Of a stretch of 64,000 nucleotides of DNA, positions 58,304-64,000 are shown piece by piece. The translations under genes and the position numbers were made by a program. The notes beneath the pieces were generated by a model that ran no database searches, was not told the DNA's origin, and worked only from the letters and a program-made list of their open reading frames with translations. Each line of letters opens with the position of its first letter. Position 1 is the first letter of the stretch. Source of the DNA: Patescibacteria group bacterium (GTDB taxonomy: Bacteria; Patescibacteriota; Dojkabacteria; JAKAPS01); the NCBI GenBank assembly GCA_025450075.1, contig JANWIC010000007.1, positions 39,289 to 103,288 of the forward strand, in the 5' to 3' direction.

Positions 58304-60673
58304 TTAACCGTTTACTAATGTATTAAAATTTGTAATATATGCTTGTACATCTCCTTGCATCTTTTTAATATCACCATGTGATTGTGTTATCGCATTTTGT
58401 ATTTGCTGCATTGCAGATACATCTACGTTTCCATTTAACAATCCCGATATATTTGAAATATCTGTCCCAATTGTCGAGACATCTCCAGACACAGCATCAT
58501 TATCCTTTTGTATGAAAGTTGTATCATAATTTTTCAGCTTTGCAAATATTGTTGCTTTCGTTATTACCTCCGATACATTGGAAAGTGAGGCATCAGCTAC
58601 TTTCAAGTATGCAAGATGCATGAGAGCATATGCCTTAGGAATGTCAATTTCATAAATATATTTTGTGACAATAGATTTAAGAATTGGAACTAATTGTGAA
58701 TCAATTTGAGTATTGTTATTAAATTCATCTATTTGTGATTTAAAACTATTCAAGCTTGCAGTATCACTTGTTAAAAGATTAAGTGCAGTTTGAACTTCAC
58801 TCGATTTTGCTACACTCGAATTTTTGAGGTCATTTTCAGTGGTAGCAATTGCGCTAATCCTTTCATTAACAAACAAATCTCCTTGTGCCTTTACATATGC
58901 AAGTTTCGTTTGAGGAGTATTTTGAATAGTTGGAGTCGGGATTGGTGCTTCTGTTGGTGTCGGTAATGGAGTATAGACGACAGGTGCTACAGTTGGAACA
59001 GGTGTTGAGGTTGGTTTAATAGTTGTTGGTGTTGGCGTAGATGTTGCTGTTGGTTTTGGATTCGAAGTTGGGGATGGTACTGTTGTTGGAGTCACTGTAA
59101 CGGTCTGAATAGGTGTAAAGGTAATATTTGATGTCCCTGGTGCTTGGAACGGTGGCATTTGAACGAGGCTTGCTAAGCTTGACCAGTCAGTCGGTGAAGC
59201 TGGTTGGCTTGCTGGAAGAACTTCCATTCCCATATTATCCCAATGTCTTTCATCACTAAACTTAAATTCATTTATCCAGTAGGTTTCATATGGTTGATAT
59301 TTCGGAAGGTCAAATTGTTCATCTTTCGGATATTCGGTATGAATAAAATATGCCTTTGCCTGGGTAAATCCAAGTCCTCCAGGAATATCACTTTGTATGA
59401 CCATCTTACCGTCTTCAAAAAGCGCAGCATGTGTTTGGCTTACAAATAGATCAAATCGTGACCTGTTATCAAATCCTCTTCCATCTCCTCCTATTCCTGA
59501 TGTTCTTGGACAATAGAGGTGTGAACCGGCAGCACCCCAGAAGGAAAACATTCCCCCAGATGGGTAATATACATCTCCACTACATGTTCCATCAAAAATA
59601 CCAATGTATAATGCGTTGTTGCTGGCATTTGGCCTAAAAGGCACAAACGCATCTTCTTCCAATTTTATATTGGGATCATTTACAGGTGCTAAAGCAAACC
59701 TCATCCATCTGCCGATATTATCGACATGTGAATCAACCTCCATTGTTAAATGTACTATTTGTCCATTGCTGAAATCTAGAGTAGGACTTGGAGACATTCC
59801 CATTGAAGAAACAAGCACATGCAGTGGATCATTACTTCCAGGAGTTCCGCCATCAAAAAGGACATCCATAAAATGGTCATCCATGATAAATGGCATTGAA
59901 TTCGTTGTATCAGCCTGCTGGTAGAAAATATCCCATGCATTTGATTTTCCGGAATTGATAGTATAATGGGCTGTTCCTGCATTCGGGTCAGGAGATCCTA
60001 TTTCTTTAATTGAAGGTGCTTCGGAATCAGGAAATGTATCAAAAAAGGTTTGAGTCGCATTCTTCGTAGATGGTATTGCCTGGAACGTCGGGTTTGCCTG
60101 TACAACAAATGGAGTACTTGCTGCAATTACATTTGGTGTATTCGTATAGGGACCTTGTCCGTTAATGGAACGGTTACCATCCTGGGTTTGTCCAGAATTA
60201 GATCCTAGCATGCCTCCTAATGCAAGTTGAGGGAATAGGGCAGCATTACTGCTGTTATATAAGTTACCTGGAGGTACTGGTCCTATTGAGTCAAGCGCTT
60301 CAACAACTAACGTATGAGGTTTGTTATCACCAAGAAGATTCCATTCAATTTCGGTAGCAGGAACATCGGTATTACCGCTGACATGGACAAGCCCGGCATA
60401 TTTAACTACCGACGGGTTTGCTACATCAAAGGCACGGTAATCAGCAGCACCCTGAACAGGGTTAAAATCAATTTTGACACTACTATTGTCTGCTTGTACT
60501 CCGGTAACCACTAATGAGCCTGTAGAGGCGAGGGCACTTTTAAATGGTTTACTAAGATTGGCACTATTGGAAAAATATATGAATGCGTCGAGTAGACCTA
60601 TTGTGATAAGACCTAGTATAACAACTGCTAGCGGTACTAGCTGAAATGTAATGCGTTTTCCGTTCTCTTCCAC
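58304..60673 (-). CDS. large membrane-anchored cell-surface protein (789 aa) with a Pro/Thr-rich linker
   Basis: N-terminal TM/signal anchor. 520 aa of beta-rich Gly/Asn-rich domain. Linker PTTVPSPTSNPKPTATSTPTPTTIKPTSTPVPT.... C-terminal ~230-aa helical domain. Confidence 0.5.
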   Translation of the reverse strand: MEENGKRITFQLVPLAVVILGLITIGLLDAFIYFSNSANLSKPFKSALASTGSLVVTGVQADNSSVKIDFNPVQGAADYRAFDVANPSVVKYAGLVHVSGNTDVPATEIEWNLLGDNKPHTLVVEALDSIGPVPPGNLYNSSNAALFPQLALGGMLGSNSGQTQDGNRSINGQGPYTNTPNVIAASTPFVVQANPTFQAIPSTKNATQTFFDTFPDSEAPSIKEIGSPDPNAGTAHYTINSGKSNAWDIFYQQADTTNSMPFIMDDHFMDVLFDGGTPGSNDPLHVLVSSMGMSPSPTLDFSNGQIVHLTMEVDSHVDNIGRWMRFALAPVNDPNIKLEEDAFVPFRPNASNNALYIGIFDGTCSGDVYYPSGGMFSFWGAAGSHLYCPRTSGIGGDGRGFDNRSRFDLFVSQTHAALFEDGKMVIQSDIPGGLGFTQAKAYFIHTEYPKDEQFDLPKYQPYETYWINEFKFSDERHWDNMGMEVLPASQPASPTDWSSLASLVQMPPFQAPGTSNITFTPIQTVTVTPTTVPSPTSNPKPTATSTPTPTTIKPTSTPVPTVAPVVYTPLPTPTEAPIPTPTIQNTPQTKLAYVKAQGDLFVNERISAIATTENDLKNSSVAKSSEVQTALNLLTSDTASLNSFKSQIDEFNNNTQIDSQLVPILKSIVTKYIYEIDIPKAYALMHLAYLKVADASLSNVSEVITKATIFAKLKNYDTTFIQKDNDAVSGDVSTIGTDISNISGLLNGNVDVSAMQQIQNAITQSHGDIKKMQGDVQAYITNFNTLVNG

Positions 60674-60728
60674 AGTACAGATTAATAACTCATTACCAAT
60701 ATATCACACTCTGGAAAATAATCAAGAT

Positions 60729-60801
60729 TCCAAGGGGTAGGAGTTGAACCTACTTAAACTGGTTTTACAGACCAGCGCATCAACCGTTCTGCCACCCTTG
60801 G
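60729..60801 (-). tRNA. tRNA-Tyr (anticodon GUA), class I (short variable loop) with a C1:G72 pair and A73
   Basis: Reverse complement is CCAAGGG-TG-GCA-GAACGGTTGA-TGC-G-CTGGT-CTGTAAA-ACCAG-TTTAA-GTAGG-TTCAACT-CCTAC-CCCTTGG-A. All stems pair. U33 is present and the anticodon is GTA. Confidence 0.75.
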
Positions 60802-60812
60802 ATGACGTTGAT

Positions 60813-60841
60813 ATTTTAATGAATAATCGCTATATTGTCAA
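60813..60841 (-). promoter_or_regulatory. promoter (TTGACA -17- TAAAAT) for tRNA-Tyr
   Basis: Reverse-complement -35 at 60836-60841, 17-nt spacer, -10 at 60813-60818. The tRNA 5' end is 11 nt downstream. Confidence 0.45.
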
Positions 60842-60846
60842 ACTTT

Positions 60847-61338
60847 TTAATAGTCAAGGCTTTCCCATGGGAATACTGCCCACTCCTCCTTCTTAATCAT
60901 TGAAGCACTGAAGGATGGGGTCAGTAAAGGTGATTCACATTCTTTTTGGACAAGGGTGAGGATAGATGTTTGTTGAACTGAAAAGTTCCGTAAAAACTCC
61001 AAGAGTACGCTTAGCTTTTCTCCTCTTTCAATAATATTGTCTACTATGATTACTTTCTTCATGTTTAATTGCAAAATATCTTTCGGATACACTACACCTC
61101 CCTCTCCAATTTTAAAGTCATAAATCTCGCTCGTTTTTAGTAAATATGAGAGCATGGCGCTTGGAATAAGGCCTCCTTTATGAATAGTTATAATGCTATC
61201 AGGTTCAAAAGAAATTGAAGTAAGATATTTTTGAATAGCCTGGACATATGCCATGATATCGCTCCATTCCAAAAATACCTTGTTTGTTGTAACAGAGTAA
61301 TCCCGTTGTCCCTCGTAGTTATGCAGCAGCATGGTCAT
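60847..61338 (-). CDS. phosphoribosyltransferase (type I PRT) family protein
   Basis: KVIIVDNIIERGEKL resembles the PRPP-binding motif; 163 aa. Confidence 0.5.
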   Translation of the reverse strand: MTMLLHNYEGQRDYSVTTNKVFLEWSDIMAYVQAIQKYLTSISFEPDSIITIHKGGLIPSAMLSYLLKTSEIYDFKIGEGGVVYPKDILQLNMKKVIIVDNIIERGEKLSVLLEFLRNFSVQQTSILTLVQKECESPLLTPSFSASMIKKEEWAVFPWESLDY

Positions 61339-62797
61339 GTATGATATCTAATGTTACTAATTCTTTAGTATCCAGGTCAAATTTTCTGATAAGATGGTTA
61401 TTTGTATCAGAAATGATGAGCTTATTATTATAATAGACTACATCACTCGGTTCATACAAAGGAAGAATATCACATGATTTACTATCGATATAGCAGACAT
61501 TCCCTTCACCTTTATGCAAGAGAGTTGCGACTAAACCATCTGCAAGATTAATTGTTCGTATTGCGTTGTTATATGTATCAGCAACATAGACAATACCTTG
61601 ATGAACTGCTACCCCTAAAGGATGCTGAAATAGCGCTTCATACACATTCCCGTCAGCAAACCCGAAGACAAATAAACCATCTCCTACCACCGTTGCTACC
61701 TGATAGGGAGGATTTAGAGAGATAGTGCGAATAGAAGATGTTTCACTATCTGCCACAAAAAGGATTGAATCCTGGATACTTAATCCGCTTGGTTGTGCAA
61801 ATGATGCTTGAAGTGCTAGACCATCAACGATATTTTCATACCTATTTCCTGCAAAAATTTCATATTTCTTTTCTATTAAATTATATTTTCCAATCTGATG
61901 TGTTCCTGCTAGCGCAAGATACAATATTCCATCTATGTGAACAACATCCCAAACGGATCTGAGTTCAGGAGTGTTAATTGTATTAACTTGTTTTGTTTTC
62001 AAGTTTACTGATCGAAGTATACCGTTTTGCGTGTCTGCTACATATATCAAATCTCCTACGAGAGCGACACCTTGAGGATGGTCAAATGATGCATTGGAAA
62101 AATCACCGTTATCTTTTCCTGCTACCATCGATCCGATTTTATCTGAAATCCTAATACATTCTTCTTCAAGTTTTCCAACCAATATAGAATTATTATTGGT
62201 ATTTGCAATTACAATCTTGTCATTTTCGATAGCAATCTTGCCAGGATAATATAGGTAGGGTTTTTCAATAGTTAGGGTCTGGATAGGAGAAAATTTAAGT
62301 TTTATTAAATGCTGCTTTTCTCCTTCGTGAAGCAAGCTTCGTATGTCTTTTTCAAGCTCATCTTTATGTCCTTCTCCAGTATATATTTTTCGAATAAAGC
62401 CACCTGCATCGATTACGATGAGGGTTGGCCAAGCATTGACCGCAAATGCATCCCATACTTGCCTGTTTTTATCTAAAATCACCGGATGAGAAATTTCATA
62501 CCTTCTTACTGCCTGCAATACGTTTTCATTATTATTTTCATTTGAGAATTTTGCACTATGTACACCAATAAACTGAACAGGATCATCATTAAATCTTTCT
62601 TCAAGTTCTCGTAAATCAGGTATAGTACGAATACAGTTAATACAACAATAGGTCCAAAAATCAAGTATGATAATATTGCCGCTTATATCCTGTTTTGAGA
62701 AAGGTTCAGTCGTGATATAATCAATATATTCTTCATGCAAAAAATCCGGTGCATGAATATGTTTAAAAAAGTTTGTCATAATATGAGTATACCACAT
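61319..62797 (-). CDS. thioredoxin-like domain plus NHL-repeat beta-propeller protein
   Basis: N-terminal TlpA/thioredoxin-like WTYCCINC (CxxC) motif. Four or more NHL-like repeats (ADTQNGILRSVNL, ADSETSSIRTISL, ADTYNNAIRTINL, SDTNNHLIRKFDL). Confidence 0.65.
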   Translation of the reverse strand: MWYTHIMTNFFKHIHAPDFLHEEYIDYITTEPFSKQDISGNIIILDFWTYCCINCIRTIPDLRELEERFNDDPVQFIGVHSAKFSNENNNENVLQAVRRYEISHPVILDKNRQVWDAFAVNAWPTLIVIDAGGFIRKIYTGEGHKDELEKDIRSLLHEGEKQHLIKLKFSPIQTLTIEKPYLYYPGKIAIENDKIVIANTNNNSILVGKLEEECIRISDKIGSMVAGKDNGDFSNASFDHPQGVALVGDLIYVADTQNGILRSVNLKTKQVNTINTPELRSVWDVVHIDGILYLALAGTHQIGKYNLIEKKYEIFAGNRYENIVDGLALQASFAQPSGLSIQDSILFVADSETSSIRTISLNPPYQVATVVGDGLFVFGFADGNVYEALFQHPLGVAVHQGIVYVADTYNNAIRTINLADGLVATLLHKGEGNVCYIDSKSCDILPLYEPSDVVYYNNKLIISDTNNHLIRKFDLDTKELVTLDIIHDHAAA

Positions 62798-62802
62798 AGG
62801 AA

Positions 62803-63039
62803 ATGATTAGAGTCTATGGAACAAAAACTTGTGCTGATTGTATAAGGGCAAAAATGTTCTTTGAACATTTTTCTATTCCTTATTCATTTATTGATATCGA
62901 AGAAGATGAAAAGGGAAAAGAAATAGTATATGAGAAGAATAAAGATAAAAACCACCGAGTTCCCGTTATCTTATTTGATGACGAGTCAGTATTAATCGAA
63001 CCTTCATTAAGCCAGTTACAAGAAAGGATGGGGATTTAA
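62803..63039 (+). CDS. glutaredoxin/NrdH-like small redoxin
   Basis: 78 aa; CADC active site after a beta-strand (VYGTKTCADC); ...VPVILFD. Confidence 0.6.
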   Translation: MIRVYGTKTCADCIRAKMFFEHFSIPYSFIDIEEDEKGKEIVYEKNKDKNHRVPVILFDDESVLIEPSLSQLQERMGI

Positions 63040-63078
63040 CATTCAGATTTTGTATGCTATATTGGATGAAGAATAACC

Positions 63079-63516
63079 ATGAGTCAGAAAGAAATAGCGT
63101 TTAACACCTCAATACAAGATCATGATTTGCATGAATGGAGAATGATTTGTCATGCAAGTTCTCTTATTATGCTTATTGGTATCCCATACGGCAATCTTAT
63201 CGGACCATATATAGTTTGGCGATTAAAAAGAGATGAATATGGAGAAATTGATACGGAAGCAAAGGATTTGCTTAATTTCCAGATTCTTATTTCTATGATT
63301 ACAACCTTTTTATTTATCTGCATTATTGCGCTGGAGGTATTAATCACACTTTTTAATATGCTGCCTAGCACACAAATTCTTTTTGCCATCCCCATATTTA
63401 CTTTGATTCTTATGATTCTACTTATTGATGTGTTTTTTGTTGTTCGGCAATGCATTGCTATTCATGAGAACAGACAATTTCAACCATATCCACTTTTATA
63501 CCGATTCGTCAAATAA
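63079..63516 (+). CDS. DUF4870-family small membrane protein
   Basis: GPYIVWRLKRDEY...NFQILIS pattern and ~3 TM. Confidence 0.45.
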   Translation: MSQKEIAFNTSIQDHDLHEWRMICHASSLIMLIGIPYGNLIGPYIVWRLKRDEYGEIDTEAKDLLNFQILISMITTFLFICIIALEVLITLFNMLPSTQILFAIPIFTLILMILLIDVFFVVRQCIAIHENRQFQPYPLLYRFVK

Positions 63517-63849
63517 CTAGTGCTCTCTTTGAGTTCTTGATGTTAACAGGACACCAATAATAAAATATCCGACTAGTCCGTATACGAGTAGGGCTAAAAG
63601 AGAAGAAAATTCAATAACAAACCCATTAATAACAGGAGTAGGGAATGCACCTTCAAATGGATGGATTAACCCTTGTGTATTGGTATATATCCAGGAAACA
63701 AAGGTGGAAGAAGAGCTTGCCCCAAACAGCCTGAAAAGAAATCGGATTACCAAAAGAATTTCAATAAATCCAAAGATAATTTCAACTAGGATAAGGAGCA
63801 TATATCGAACTGTATTCATGCAAATCACCTCCTTTAAAAATTGACTCAA
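63517..63849 (-). CDS. YggT-family membrane protein
   Basis: RFLFRLFGASSSSTFVSWIYTNTQGLIHPF.. matches the YggT signature (R...F.....PF........TEP...P). True start may be the internal Met. Confidence 0.5.
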   Translation of the reverse strand: MSQFLKEVICMNTVRYMLLILVEIIFGFIEILLVIRFLFRLFGASSSSTFVSWIYTNTQGLIHPFEGAFPTPVINGFVIEFSSLLALLVYGLVGYFIIGVLLTSRTQREH

Positions 63850-63895
63850 CTATCTTTATGGTATAGTATCAAAAGTGCTCAGTAAAATCTGTAAT

Positions 63896-64000
63896 ATGCA
63901 AACAATTTTTGATACAATCCTTTCTTTAATTCATGACTCTGGTGTCACTTTTACACTTCTTGAACATGAACAAGTCAGGACTAGTGAAGATGCAGCAAAG
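63896..64000 (+). CDS. hypothetical protein, 3'-partial (runs off the window)
   Basis: ATG at 63896 preceded by a TTGACT ... TGgTATAGT promoter-like sequence. Only 35 codons are visible. Confidence 0.3.
   Translation, partial: MQTIFDTILSLIHDSGVTFTLLEHEQVRTSEDAAK

Noticed and set aside
1-64000. CRISPR arrays, transposases, integrases, IS inverted repeats
   Set aside because: I saw no regularly spaced direct repeats and no DDE or tyrosine-recombinase-like ORFs on either strand. The only long repeat is the paralogous FMN-bind gene pair.

Overview
This is an AT-rich (roughly mid-30s % GC) bacterial window that uses the standard genetic code (TGA is a stop) and has Shine-Dalgarno sites. The second half is a contiguous ribosomal-protein/RNA-polymerase supercluster (38-58 kb): rpoB-rpoC, rpsL-rpsG-fusA-[orphan ORF]-tuf, then rpsJ-rplCDWB-rpsS-rplV-rpsC-rplP-rpmC-rpsQ-rplNX-[SpoU methyltransferase]-rplE-rpsN(Z)-rpsH-rplFR-rpsE-rplO-secY-adk-map-infA-rpmJ-rpsMK-rpoA-rplQ-rplM-rpsI, followed by a convergent dinB. 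Several features are lineage-unusual. There is no L30 gene between rpsE and rplO and no rpsD between rpsK and rpoA. RpoA has no alpha C-terminal domain. EF-Tu and L24 carry extra 4-Cys motifs. L4 and RpoA have Lys-rich tails. The first half is more accessory. It has a partial Crp/Fnr regulator and an FNR-type palindrome upstream of a cytochrome b6-like protein fused to a large extracytoplasmic domain. It has an archaeal/eukaryal-type TyrRS, a cyoABCD-like heme-copper quinol oxidase operon, and a DUF218 protein. It has an RRM RNA-binding protein, obg, and a flavinylation/electron-transfer-like operon (two FMN-bind paralogs, ApbE, and a membrane FAD/NAD reductase). It has a Tat-signal beta-helix protein, a divergent pair of atypical small-molecule kinase-like genes, and a C39-like peptidase. 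It has a truncated ROK gene abutting the 3' end of a tmRNA (ssrA), followed by PilN/PilO-like genes. The tail of the window has tRNA-Pro(GGG) and a class-I tRNA-Tyr(GUA) with a C1:G72 pair, which fits the archaeal-type TyrRS. It also has a large Pro/Thr-linker surface protein, a thioredoxin-NHL protein, a glutaredoxin-like protein, DUF4870 and YggT membrane proteins. I saw no CRISPR array, transposase or integrase. Taxonomy cannot be fixed from this window. Several traits resemble CPR/Patescibacteria (Saccharibacteria-like) genomes, but that is inference only.
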